Numbered from the stretch's first letter, positions 42,601 to 57,904 are shown. The stretch is 64,000 bases of DNA from Auanema rhodensis (GCA_964057225.1 OZ059897.1:22692001-22756000); one strand, 5' to 3'. The notes: generated by a model from the letters alone, not told the origin. A program made the numbers and translations.

Positions 42601-45600
42601 GGACATGAGGAATCTAATTTTGAAAACCGCATCTCTTTATCTTTCACGTGAAGCGAGTTACATACCGAGTGCACATCACGTGTACATTTAATTAGCATAA
42701 ATTAAAGTTCACGTAAATTTCAAAGTCATGGTTACCATGCACCAATATCAATAAAAATTTGTTTTTAGACTAATATGGACATGGGGAATCTAATTTTGAA
42801 AACCGCATCTCTTCATCTTTCACGTGAAGCGAGTTACATACCAAGTGCACATCACGTCTAAATTTAATTAGCATAAATTAAAGTTCACGAAAATTTCAAA
42901 GTCATGGTTACCATGAACCAATATCAATAAAAATTTGTTTTTAGACTAATATGGACATGGGGAATCTAATTTTGAAAACCGCATCTCTTTATCTTTCACG
43001 TGAAGCGAGTTACATACCAAGTGCACATCACGTGTACATTTAATTAGCATAAATTAAAGTTCACGTAAATTTCAAAGTCATGGTTACCATGAAGCAATAT
43101 CAATAAAAATTTGTTTTTAGACTAATATGGACATGGGGAATCTAATTTTGAAAACCGCATCTCTTTATCTTTCACGTGAAGCGAGTTACATACCAAGTGC
43201 ACATCACGTGTACATTTAATTAGCATAAATTAAAGTTCACGTAAATTTCAAAGTCATGGTTACCATGAAGCAATATCAATAAAAATTTGTTTTTAGACTA
43301 ATATGGACATGGGGAATCTAATTTTGAAAACCGCATCTCTTTATCTTTCACGTGAAGCGAGTTACATACCAAGTGCACATCACGTGTACATTTAATTAGC
43401 ATAAATTAAAGTTCACGTAAATTTCAAAGTCATGGTTACCATGAACCAATATCAATTAAAATTTGTTTTTAGACTAATATGGACATGGGGAATCTAATTT
43501 TGAAAACCGCATCTCTTTATCTTTCACGTGAAGCGAGTTACATACCAAGTGCACATCACGTGTACATTTAATTAGCATAAATTAAAGTTCACGTAAATTT
43601 CAAAGTCATGGTTACCATGAAGCAATATCAATAAAAATTTGTTTTTAGACTAATATGGACATGGGGAATCTAATTTTGAAAACCGCATCTCTTTATCTTT
43701 CACGTGAAGTGAGTTACATACCAAGTGCACATCACGTGTACATTTAATTAGCATAAATTAAAGTTCACGTAAATTTCAAAGTCATGGTTACCATGCACCA
43801 ATATCAATAAAAATTTGTTTTTAGACTAATATGGACATGGGGAATCTAATTTTGAAAACCGCATCTCTTTATCTTTCACGTGAAGCGAGTTACATACCAA
43901 GTGCACATCACGTGTACATTTAATTAGCATAAATTAAAGTTCACGTAAATTTCAAAGTCATGGTTACCATGAACCAATATCAATAAAAATTTGTTTTTAG
44001 ACTAATATGGACATGGGGAATCTAATTTTGAAAACCGCATCTCTTTATCTTTCACGTGAAGCGAGTTACATACCAAGTGCACATCACGTGTACATTTAAT
44101 TAGCATAAATTAAAGTTCACGTAAATTTCAAAGTCATGGTTACCATGAAGCAATATCAATAAAAATTTGTTTTTAGACTAATATGGACATGGGGAATCTA
44201 ATTTTGAAAACCGCATCTCTTTATCTTTCACGTGAAGTGAGTTACATACCAAGTGCACATCACGTGTACATTTAATTAGCATAAATTAAAGTTCACGTAA
44301 ATTTCAAAGTCATGGTTACCATGCACCAATATCAATAAAAATTTGTTTTTAGACTAATATGGACATGGGGAATCTAATTTTGAAAACCGCATCTCTTTAT
44401 CTTTCACGTGAAGCGAGTTACATACCAAGTGCATATCACGTGTACATTTAATTAGCATAAATTAAAGTTCACGTAAATTTCAAAGTCATGGTTACCATGA
44501 ACCAATATCAATAAAAATTTGTTTTTAGACTAATATGGACATGGGGAATCTAATTTTGAAAACCGCATCTCTTTATCTTTCACGTGAAGCGAGTTACATA
44601 CCAAGTGCACATCACTTGTACATTTAATTAGCATAAATTAAAGTTCACGTAAATTTCAAAGTCATGGTTACCATGAACCAATATCAATAAAAATTTGTTT
44701 TTAGACTAATATGGACATGGGGAATCTAATTTTGAAAACCGCATCTCTTTATCTTTCACGTGAAGCGAGTTACATACCAAGTGCACATCACGTGTACATT
44801 TAATTAGCATAAATTAAAGTTCACGTAAATTTCAAAGTCATGGTTACCATGAACCAATATCAATAAAAATTTGTTTTTAGACTAATATGGACATGGGGAA
44901 TCTAATTTTGAAAACCGCATCTCTTTATCTTTCACGTGAAGCGAGTTACATACCAAGTGCACATCACGTGTACATTTAATTAGCATAAATTAAAGTTCAC
45001 GTAAATTTCAAAGTCATGGTTACCATGCACCAATATCAATAAAAATTTGTTTTTAGACTAATATGGACATGAGGAATCTAATTTTGAAAACCGCATCTCT
45101 TTATCTTTCACGTGAAGCGAGTTACATACCAAGTGCACATCACGTGTACATTTAATTAGCATAAATTAAAGTTCACGTAAATTTCAAAGTCATGGTTACC
45201 ATGAACCAATATCAATAAAAATTTGTTTTTAGACTAATATGGACATGGGGAATCTAATTTTGAAAACCGCATCTCTTTATCTTTCACGTGAAGCGAGTTA
45301 CATACCAAGTGCACATCACGTGTACATTTAATTAGCATAAATTAAAGTTCACGTAAATTTCAAAGTCATGGTTACCATGCACCAATATCGATAAAAATTT
45401 GTTTTTAGACTAATATGGACATGGGGAATCTAATTTTGAAAACCGCATCTCTTTATCTTTCACGTGAAGCGAGTTACATACCAAGTGCACATCACGTGTA
45501 CATTTAATTAGCATAAATTAAAGTTCACGTAAATTTCAAAGTCATGGTTACCATGAACCAATATCAATAAAAATTTGTTTTTAGACTAATATGGACATGG

Positions 45601-46464
45601 GGAATCTAATTTTGAAAACCGCATCTCTTTATCTTTCACGTGAAGCGAGTTACATACCAAGTGCACATCACGTGTACATTTAATTAGCATAAATTAAAGT
45701 TCACGTAAATTTCAAAGTCATGGTTACCATGAAGCAATATCAATAAAAATTTGTTTTTAGACTAATATGGACATGGGGAATCTAATTTTGAAAACCGCAT
45801 CTCTTTATCTTTCACGTGAAGCGAGTTACATACCAAGTGCACATCACGTGTACATTTAGTTAGCATAAATTAAAGTTCACGTAAATTTCAAAGTCATGGT
45901 TACCATGAACCAATATCAATAAAAATTTGTTTTTAGACTAATATGGACATGGGGAATCTAATTTTGAAAACCGCATCTCTTTATCTTTCACGTGAAGCGA
46001 GTTACATACCAAGTGCACATCACGTGTACATTTAATTAGCATAAATTAAAGTTTACGTAAATTTCAAAGTCATGGTTACCATGAAGCAATATCAATAAAA
46101 ATTTGTTTTTAGACTAATATGGACATGGGGAATCTAATTTTGAAAACCGCATCTCTTTATCTTTCACGTGAAGCGAGTTACATACCAAGTGCACATCACG
46201 TGTACATTTAATTAGCATAAATTAAAGTTCACGTAAATTTCAAAGTCATGGTTACCATGAACCAATATCAATAAAAATTTGTTTTTAGACTAATATGGAC
46301 ATGGGGAATCTAATTTTGAAAACCGCATCTCTTTATCTTTCACGTGAAGCGAGTTACATACCAAGTGCACATCACGTGTACATTTAATTAGCATAAATTA
46401 AAGTTCACGTAAATTTCAAAGTCATGGTTACCATGCACCAATATCAATAAAAGTTTGTTTTTAG
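33617..46464 (+). repeat. Copy B of the large segmental duplication (M192-264), internally expanded at its 5' end
   Basis: M192-201 match M117-126 (offset 75 monomers). M226-240 largely match M128-142 (offset 98). M246-264 match M149-167 (offset 97, 17,072 bp). Confidence 0.85.
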
Positions 46465-46992
46465 ACTAATATGGACATGGGGAATCTAATTTTGAAAACC
46501 GCATCTCTTTATCTTTCACGTGAAGCGAGTTACATACCAAGTGCACATCACGTGTACATTTAATTAGCATAAATTAAAGTTCACGTAAATTTCAAAGTCA
46601 TGGTTACCATGAACCAATATCAATAAAAATTTGTTTTTAGACTAATATGGACATGGGGAATCTAATTTTGAAAACCGCATCTCTTTATCTTTCACGTGAA
46701 GCGAGTTACATACCGAGTGCACATCACGTGTACATTTAACTAGCATAAATTAAAGTTCACGTAAATTTCAAAGTCATGGTTACCATGAAGCAATATCAAT
46801 AAAAATTTGTTTTTAGACTAATATGGACATGAGGAATCTAATTTTGAAAACCGCATCTCTTTATCTTTCACGTGAAGCGAGTTACATACCAAGTGCACAT
46901 CACGTGTACATTTAATTAGCATAAATTAAAGTTCACGTAAATTTCAAAGTCATGGTTACCATGAACCAATATCAATAAAAATTTGTTTTTAG

Positions 46993-49900
46993 ACTAATAT
47001 GGACATGGGGAATCTAATTTTGAAAACCGCATCTCTTTATCTTTCACGTGAAGCGAGTTACATACCAAGTGCACATCACGTGTACATTTAATTAGCATAA
47101 ATTAAAGTTCACGTAAATTTCAAAGTCATGGTTACCATGCACCAATATCAATAAAAATTTGTTTTTAGACTAATATGGACATGGGGAATCTAATTTTGAA
47201 AACCGCATCTCTTTATCTTTCACGTGAAGCGAGTTACATACCAAGTGCACATCACGTGTACATTTAATTAGCATAAATTAAAGTTCACGTAAATTTCAAA
47301 GTCATGGTTACCATGCACCAATATCAATAAAAATTTGTTTTTAGACTAATATGGACATGGGGAATCTAATTTTGAAAACCGCATCTCTTTATCTTTCACG
47401 TGAAGCGAGTTACATACCAAGTGCACATCACGTGTACATTTAATTAGCATAAATTAAAGTTCACGTAAATTTCAAAGTCATGGTTACCATGAAGCAATAT
47501 CAATAAAAATTTGTTTTTAGACTAATATGGACATGGGGAATCTAATTTTGAAAACCGCATCTCTTTATCTTTCACGTGAAGCGAGTTACATACCAAGTGC
47601 ACATCACGTGTACATTTAATTAGCATAAATTAAAGTTCACGTAAATTTCAAAGTCATGGTTACCATGCACCAATATCAATAAAAATTTGTTTTTAGACTA
47701 ATATGGACATGGGGAATCTAATTTTGAAAACCGCATCTCTTTATCTTTCACGTGAAGCGAGTTACATACCAAGTGCACATCACGTGTACATTTAATTAGC
47801 ATAAATTAAAGTTCACGTAAATTTCAAAGTCATGGTTACCATGAAGCAATATCAATAAAAATTTGTTTTTAGACTAATATGGACATGGGGAATCTAATTT
47901 TGAAAACCGCATCTCTTTATCTTTCACGTGAAGCGAGTTACATACCAAGTGCACATCACGTGTACATTTAATTAGCATAAATTAAAGTTCACGTAAATTT
48001 CAAAGTCATGGTTACCATGCACCAATATCAATAAAAATTTGTTTTTAGACTAATATGGACATGGGGAATCTAATTTTGAAAACCGCATCTCTTTATCTTT
48101 CACGTGAAGCGAGTTACATACCAAGTGCACATCACGTGTACATTTAATTAGCATAAATTAAAGTTCACGTAAATTTCAAAGTCATGGTTACCATGAAGCA
48201 ATATCAATAAAAATTTGTTTTTAGACTAATATGGACATGGGGAATCTAATTTTGAAAACCGCATCTCTTTATCTTTCACGTGAAGCGAGTTACATACCAA
48301 GTGCACATCACGTGTACATTTAATTAGCATAAATTAAAGTTCACGTAAATTTCAAAGTCATGGTTACCATGAACCAATATCAATAAAAATTTGTTTTTAG
48401 ACTAATATGGACATGGGGAATCTAATTTTGAAAACCGCATCTCTTTATCTTTCACGTGAAGCGAGTTACATACCAAGTGCACATCACTTGTACATTTAAT
48501 TAGCATAAATTAAAGTTCACGTAAATTTCAAAGTCATGGTTACCATGAACCAATATCAATAAAAATTTGTTTTTAGACTAATATGGACATGGGGAATCTA
48601 ATTTTGAAAACCGCATCTCTTTATCTTTCACGTGAAGCGAGTTACATACCAAGTGCACATCACGTGTACATTTAATTAGCATAAATTAAAGTTCACGTAA
48701 ATTTCAAAGTCATGGTTACCATGAACCAATATCAATAAAAATTTGTTTTTAGACTAATATGGACATGGGGAATCTAATTTTGAAAACCGCATCTCTTTAT
48801 CTTTCACGTGAAGCGAGTTACATACCAAGTGCACATCACGTGTACATTTAATTAGCATAAATTAAAGTTCACGTAAATTTCAAAGTCATGGTTACCATGA
48901 AGCAATATCAATAAAAATTTGTTTTTAGACTAATATGGACATGGGGAATCTAATTTTGAAAACCGCATCTCTTTATCTTTCACGTGAAGCGAGTTACATA
49001 CCAAGTGCACATCACGTGTACATTTAACTAGCATAAATTAAAGTTCACGTAAATTTCAAAGTCATGGTTACCATGAAGCAATATCAATAAAAATTTGTTT
49101 TTAGACTAATATGGACATGAGGAATCTAATTTTGAAAACCGCATCTCTTTATCTTTCACGTGAAGCGAGTTACATACCAAGTGCACATCACGTGTACATT
49201 TAATTAGCATAAATTAAAGTTTACGTAAATTTCAAAGTCATGGTTACCATGAAGCAATATCAATAAAAATTTGTTTTTAGACTAATATGGACATGGGGAA
49301 TCTAATTTTGAAAACCGCATCTCTTTATCTTTCACGTGAAGCGAGTTACATACCAAGTGCACATCACGTGTACATTTAATTAGCATAAATTAAAGTTCAC
49401 GTAAATTTCAAAGTCATGGTTACCATGAACCAATATCAATAAAAATTTGTTTTTAGACTAATATGGACATGGGGAATCTAATTTTGAAAACCGCATCTCT
49501 TTATCTTTCACGTGAAGCGAGTTACATACCAAGTGCACATCACTTGTACATTTAATTAGCATAAATTAAAGTTCACGTAAATTTCAAAGTCATGGTTACC
49601 ATGAACCAATATCAATAAAAATTTGTTTTTAGACTAATATGGACATGGGGAATCTAATTTTGAAAACCGCATCTCTTTATCTTTCACGTGAAGCGAGTTA
49701 CATACCAAGTGCACATCACGTGTACATTTAATTAGCATAAATTAAAGTTCACGTAAATTTCAAAGTCATGGTTACCATGAAGCAATATCAATAAAAATTT
49801 GTTTTTAGACTAATATGGACATGGGGAATCTAATTTTGAAAACCGCATCTCTTTATCTTTCACGTGAAGCGAGTTACATACCAAGTGCACATCACGTGTA

Positions 49901-52900
49901 CATTTAACTAGCATAAATTAAAGTTCACGTAAATTTCAAAGTCATGGTTACCATGAAGCAATATCAATAAAAATTTGTTTTTAGACTAATATGGACATGA
50001 GGAATCTAATTTTGAAAACCGCATCTCTTTATCTTTCACGTGAAGCGAGTTACATACCAAGTGCACATCACGTGTACATTTAATTAGCATAAATTAAAGT
50101 TCACGTAAATTTCAAAGTCATGGTTACCATGAACCAATATCAATAAAAATTTGTTTTTAGACTAATATGGACATGGGGAATCTAATTTTGAAAACCGCAT
50201 CTCTTTATCTTTCACGTGAAGCGAGTTACATACCAAGTGCACATCACGTGTACATTTAATTAGCATAAATTAAAGTTCACGTAAAATTCAAAGTCATGGT
50301 TACCATGAAGCAATATCAATAAAAATTTGTTTTTAGACTAATATGGACATGAGGAATCTAATTTTGAAAACCGCATCTCTTTATCTTTCACGTGAAGCGA
50401 GTTACATACCAAGTGCACATCACGTGTACATTTAATTAGCATAAATTAAAGTTCACGTAAATTTCAAAGTCATGGTTACCATGCACCAATATCAATAAAA
50501 ATTTGTTTTTAGACTAATATGGACATGGGGAATCTAATTTTGAAAACCGCATCTCTTTATCTTTCACGTGAAGCGAGTTACATACCAAGTGCACATCACG
50601 TGTACATTTAATTAGCATAAATTAAAGTTCACGTAAATTTCAAAGTCATGGTTACCATGAAGCAATATCAATAAAAATTTGTTTTTAGACTAATATGGAC
50701 ATGGGGAATCTAATTTTGAAAACCGCATCTCTTTATCTTTCACGTGAAGCGAGTTACATACCAAGTGCATATCACGTGTACATTTAATTAGCATAAATTA
50801 AAGTTCACGTAAATTTCAAAGTCATGGTTACCATGAACCAATATCAATAAAAATTTGTTTTTAGACTAATATGGACATGGGGAATCTAATTTTGAAAACC
50901 GCATCTCTTTATCTTTCACGTGAAGCGAGTTACATACCAAGTGCACATCACGTGTACATTTAATTAGCATAAATTAAAGTTCACGTAAATTTCAAAGTCA
51001 TGGTTACCATGAACCAATATCAATAAAAATTTGTTTTTAGACTAATATGGACATGGGGAATCTAATTTTGAAAACCGCATCTCTTTATCTTTCACGTGAA
51101 GCGAGTTACATACCAAGTGCACATCACGTGTACATTTAATTAGCATAAATTAAAGTTCACGTAAATTTCAAAGTCATGGTTACCATGAAGCAATATCAAT
51201 AAAAATTTGTTTTTAGACTAATATGGACATGGGGAATCTAATTTTGAAAACCGCATCTCTTTATCTTTCACGTGAAGCGAGTTACATACCAAGTGCACAT
51301 CACGTGTACATTTAATTAGCATAAATTAAAGTTCACGTAAATTTCAAAGTCATGGTTACCATGAACCAATATCAATAAAAATTTGTTTTTAGACTAATAT
51401 GGACATGGGGAATCTAATTTTGAAAACCGCATCTCTTTATCTTTCACGTGAAGCGAGTTACATACCAAGTGCACATCACGTGTACATTTAACTAGCATAA
51501 ATTAAAGTTCACGTAAATTTCAAAGTCATGGTTACCATGAAGCAATATCAATAAAAATTTGTTTTTAGACTAATATGGACATGAGGAATCTAATTTTGAA
51601 AACCGCATCTCTTTATCTTTCACGTGAAGCGAGTTACATACCAAGTGCACATCACGTGTACATTTAATTAGCATAAATTAAAGTTCACGTAAATTTCAAA
51701 GTCATGGTTACCATGCACCAATATCAATAAAAATTTGTTTTTAGACTAATATGGACATGGGGAATCTAATTTTGAAAACCGCATCTCTTTATCTTTCACG
51801 TGAAGCGAGTTACATACCAAGTGCACATCACGTGTACATTTAATTAGCATAAATTAAAGTTCACGTAAATTTCAAAGTCATGGTTACCATGAACCAATAT
51901 CAATAAAAATTTGTTTTTAGACTAATATGGACATGGGGAATCTAATTTTGAAAACCGCATCTCTTTATCTTTCACGTGAAGCGAGTTACATACCAAGTGC
52001 ACATCACGTGTACATTTAATTAGCATAAATTAAAGTTCACGTAAATTTCAAAGTCATGGTTACCATGCACCAATATCAATAAAAGTTTGTTTTTAGACTA
52101 ATATGGACATGGGGAATCTAATTTTGAAAACCGCATCTCTTTATCTTTCACGTGAAGCGAGTTACATACCAAGTGCACATCACGTGTACATTTAATTAGC
52201 ATAAATTAAAGTTCACGTAAATTTCAAAGTCATGGTTACCATGAACCAATATCAATAAAAATTTGTTTTTAGACTAATATGGACATGGGGAATCTAATTT
52301 TGAAAACCGCATCTCTTTATCTTTCACGTGAAGCGAGTTACATACCAAGTGCACATCACGTGTACATTTAATTAGCATAAATTAAAGTTCACGTAAACTT
52401 CAAAGTCATGGTTACCATGCACCAATATCAATAAAAATTTGTTTTTAGACTAATATGGACATGGGGAATCTAATTTTGAAAACCGCATCTCTTTATCTTT
52501 CACGTGAAGCGAGTTACATACCAAGTGCACATCACGTGTACATTTAATTAGCATAAATTAAAGTTCACGTAAATTTCAAAGTCATGGTTACCATGAACCA
52601 ATATCAATAAAAATTTGTTTTTAGACTAATATGGACATGGGGAATCTAATTTTGAAAACCGCATCTCTTTATCTTTCACGTGAAGCGAGTTACATACCAA
52701 GTGCACATCACGTGTACATTTAATTAGCATAAATTAAAGTTCACGTAAATTTCAAAGTCATGGTTACCATGAACCAATATCAATAAAAATTTGTTTTTAG
52801 ACTAATATGGACATGGGGAATCTAATTTTGAAAACCGCATCTCTTTATCTTTCACGTGAAGCGAGTTACATACCAAGTGCACATCACGTGTACATTTAAT

Positions 52901-55900
52901 TAGCATAAATTAAAGTTCACGTAAATTTCAAAGTCATGGTTACCATGAAGCAATATCAATAAAAATTTGTTTTTAGACTAATATGGACATGGGGAATCTA
53001 ATTTTGAAAACCGCATCTCTTTATCTTTCACGTGAAGCGAGTTACATACCAAGTGCACATCACGTGTACATTTAATTAGCATAAATTAAAGTTCACGTAA
53101 ATTTCAAAGTCATGGTTACCATGAACCAATATCAATAAAAATTTGTTTTTAGACTAATATGGACATGGGGAATCTAATTTTGAAAACCGCATCTCTTTAT
53201 CTTTCACGTGAAGCGAGTTACATACCAAGTGCACATCACGTGTACATTTAATTAGCATAAATTAAAGTTCACGTAAATTTCAAAGTCATGGTTACCATGC
53301 ACCAATATCAATAAAAATTTGTTTTTAGACTAATATGGACATGGGGAATCTAATTTTGAAAACCGCATCTCTTTATCTTTCACGTGAAGCGAGTTACATA
53401 CCAAGTGCACATCACGTGTACATTTAATTAGCATAAATTAAAGTTCACGTAAATTTCAAAGTCATGGTTACCATGCACCAATATCAATAAAAATTTGTTT
53501 TTAGACTAATATGGACATGGGGAATCTAATTTTGAAAACCGCATCTCTTTATCTTTCACGTGAAGCGAGTTACATACCAAGTGCACATCACGTGTACATT
53601 TAATTAGCATAAATTAAAGTTCACGTAAATTTCAAAGTCATGGTTACCATGAAGCAATATCAATAAAAATTTGTTTTTAGACTAATATGGACATGGGGAA
53701 TCTAATTTTGAAAACCGCATCTCTTTATCTTTCACGTGAAGCGAGTTACATACCAAGTGCACATCACGTGTACATTTAATTAGCATAAATTAAAGTTCAC
53801 GTAAATTTCAAAGTCATGGTTACCATGCACCAATATCAATAAAAATTTGTTTTTAGACTAATATGGACATGGGGAATCTAATTTTGAAAACCGCATCTCT
53901 TTATCTTTCACGTGAAGCGAGTTACATACCAAGTGCACATCACGTGTACATTTAATTAGCATAAATTAAAGTTCACGTAAATTTCAAAGTCATGGTTACC
54001 ATGAAGCAATATCAATAAAAATTTGTTTTTAGACTAATATGGACATGGGGAATCTAATTTTGAAAACCGCATCTCTTTATCTTTCACGTGAAGCGAGTTA
54101 CATACCAAGTGCACATCACGTGTACATTTAATTAGCATAAATTAAAGTTCACGTAAATTTCAAAGTCATGGTTACCATGCACCAATATCAATAAAAATTT
54201 GTTTTTAGACTAATATGGACATGGGGAATCTAATTTTGAAAACCGCATCTCTTTATCTTTCACGTGAAGCGAGTTACATACCAAGTGCACATCACGTGTA
54301 CATTTAATTAGCATAAATTAAAGTTCACGTAAATTTCAAAGTCATGGTTACCATGAAGCAATATCAATAAAAATTTGTTTTTAGACTAATATGGACATGG
54401 GGAATCTAATTTTGAAAACCGCATCTCTTTATCTTTCACGTGAAGCGAGTTACATACCAAGTGCACATCACGTGTACATTTAATTAGCATAAATTAAAGT
54501 TCACGTAAATTTCAAAGTCATGGTTACCATGAACCAATATCAAAAAAAATTTGTTTTTAGACTAATATGGACATGGGGAATCTAATTTTGAAAACCGCAT
54601 CTCTTTATCTTTCACGTGAAGCGAGTTACATACCAAGTGCACATCACGTGTACATTTAATTAGCATAAATTAAAGTTTACGTAAATTTCAAAGTCATGGT
54701 TACCATGAAGCAATATCAATAAAAATTTGTTTTTAGACTAATATGGACATGGGGAATCTAATTTTGAAAACCGCATCTCTTTATCTTTCACGTGAAGCGA
54801 GTTACATACCAAGTGCACATCACGTGTACATTTAATTAGCATAAATTAAAGTTCACGTAAATTTCAAAGTCATGGTTACCATGAACCAATATCAATAAAA
54901 ATTTGTTTTTAGACTAATATGGACATGGGGAATCTAATTTTGAAAACCGCATCTCTTTATCTTTCACGTGAAGCGAGTTACATACCAAGTGCACATCACG
55001 TGTACATTTAATTAGCATAAATTAAAGTTCACGTAAATTTCAAAGTCATGGTTACCATGCACCAATATCAATAAAAATTTGTTTTTAGACTAATATGGAC
55101 ATGGGGAATCTAATTTTGAAAACCGCATCTCTTTATCTTTCACGTGAAGCGAGTTACATACCAAGTGCACATCACGTGTACATTTAATTAGCATAAATTA
55201 AAGTTCACGTAAATTTCAAAGTCATGGTTACCATGAACCAATATCAATAAAAATTTGTTTTTAGACTAATATGGACATGGGGAATCTAATTTTGAAAACC
55301 GCATCTCTTTATCTTTCACGTGAAGCGAGTTACATACCAAGTGCACATCACGTGTACATTTAATTAGCATAAATTAAAGTTTACGTAAATTTCAAAGTCA
55401 TGGTTACCATGAAGCAATATCAATAAAAATTTGTTTTTAGACTAATATGGACATGGGGAATCTAATTTTGAAAACCGCATCTCTTTATCTTTCACGTGAA
55501 GCGAGTTACATACCAAGTGCACATCACGTGTACATTTAATTAGCATAAATTAAAGTTCACGTAAATTTCAAAGTCATGGTTACCATGAACCAATATCAAT
55601 AAAAATTTGTTTTTAGACTAATATGGACATGGGGAATCTAATTTTGAAAACCGCATCTCTTTATCTTTCACGTGAAGCGAGTTACATACCAAGTGCACAT
55701 CACTTGTACATTTAATTAGCATAAATTAAAGTTCACGTAAATTTCAAAGTCATGGTTACCATGAACCAATATCAATAAAAATTTGTTTTTAGACTAATAT
55801 GGACATGGGGAATCTAATTTTGAAAACCGCATCTCTTTATCTTTCACGTGAAGCGAGTTACATACCAAGTGCACATCACGTGTACATTTAATTAGCATAA

Positions 55901-57904
55901 ATTAAAGTTCACGTAAATTTCAAAGTCATGGTTACCATGAAGCAATATCAATAAAACTTTGTTTTTAGACTAATATGGACATGGGGAATCTAATTTTGAA
56001 AACCGCATCTCTTTATCTTTCACGTAAAGCGAGTTACATACCAAGTGCACATCACGTGTACATTTAACTAGCATAAATTAAAGTTCACGTAAATTTCAAA
56101 GTCATGGTTACCATGAAGCAATATCAATAAAAATTTGTTTTTAGACTAATATGGACATGAGGAATCTAATTTTGAAAACCGCATCTCTTTATCTTTCACG
56201 TGAAGCGAGTTACATACCAAGTGCACATCACGTGTACATTTAATTAGCATAAATTAAAGTTCACGTAAATTTCAAAGTCATGGTTACCATGAACCAATAT
56301 CAATAAAAATTTGTTTTTAGACTAATATGGACATGGGGAATCTAATTTTGAAAACCGCATCTCTTTATCTTTCACGTGAAGCGAGTTACATACCAAGTGC
56401 ACATCACGTGTACATTTAATTAGCATAAATTAAAGTTCACGTAAAATTCAAAGTCATGGTTACCATGAAGCAATATCAATAAAAATTTGTTTTTAGACTA
56501 ATATGGACATGAGGAATCTAATTTTGAAAACCGCATCTCTTTATCTTTCACGTGAAGCGAGTTACATACCAAGTGCACATCACGTGTACATTTAATTAGC
56601 ATAAATTAAAGTTCACGTAAATTTCAAAGTCATGGTTACCATGCACCAATATCAATAAAAATTTGTTTTTAGACTAATATGGACATGGGGAATCTAATTT
56701 TGAAAACCGCATCTCTTTATCTTTCACGTGAAGCGAGTTACATACCAAGTGCACATCACGTGTACATTTAATTAGCATAAATTAAAGTTCACGTAAATTT
56801 CAAAGTCATGGTTACCATGAAGCAATATCAATAAAAATTTGTTTTTAGACTAATATGGACATGGGGAATCTAATTTTGAAAACCGCATCTCTTTATCTTT
56901 CACGTGAAGCGAGTTACATACCAAGTGCATATCACGTGTACATTTAATTAGCATAAATTAAAGTTCACGTAAATTTCAAAGTCATGGTTACCATGAACCA
57001 ATATCAATAAAAATTTGTTTTTAGACTAATATGGACATGGGGAATCTAATTTTGAAAACCGCATCTCTTTATCTTTCACGTGAAGCGAGTTACATACCAA
57101 GTGCACATCACGTGTACATTTAATTAGCATAAATTAAAGTTCACGTAAATTTCAAAGTCATGGTTACCATGAACCAATATCAATAAAAATTTGTTTTTAG
57201 ACTAATATGGACATGGGGAATCTAATTTTGAAAACCGCATCTCTTTATCTTTCACGTGAAGCGAGTTACATACCAAGTGCACATCACGTGTACATTTAAT
57301 TAGCATAAATTAAAGTTCACGTAAATTTCAAAGTCATGGTTACCATGAAGCAATATCAATAAAAATTTGTTTTTAGACTAATATGGACATGGGGAATCTA
57401 ATTTTGAAAACCGCATCTCTTTATCTTTCACGTGAAGCGAGTTACATACCAAGTGCACATCACGTGTACATTTAATTAGCATAAATTAAAGTTCACGTAA
57501 ATTTCAAAGTCATGGTTACCATGAACCAATATCAATAAAAATTTGTTTTTAGACTAATATGGACATGGGGAATCTAATTTTGAAAACCGCATCTCTTTAT
57601 CTTTCACGTGAAGCGAGTTACATACCAAGTGCACATCACGTGTACATTTAACTAGCATAAATTAAAGTTCACGTAAATTTCAAAGTCATGGTTACCATGA
57701 AGCAATATCAATAAAAATTTGTTTTTAGACTAATATGGACATGAGGAATCTAATTTTGAAAACCGCATCTCTTTATCTTTCACGTGAAGCGAGTTACATA
57801 CCAAGTGCACATCACGTGTACATTTAATTAGCATAAATTAAAGTTCACGTAAATTTCAAAGTCATGGTTACCATGAACCAATATCAATAAAAATTTGTTT
57901 TTAG
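46993..57904 (+). repeat. 35-monomer-offset (6160-bp) duplication
   Basis: M268-275 match M303-310 and M280-294 match M315-329 (markers C118T, G88T, T100C, G16A, T126A, C82T in the same order). M276-279 and M311-314 do not match. Confidence 0.8.
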
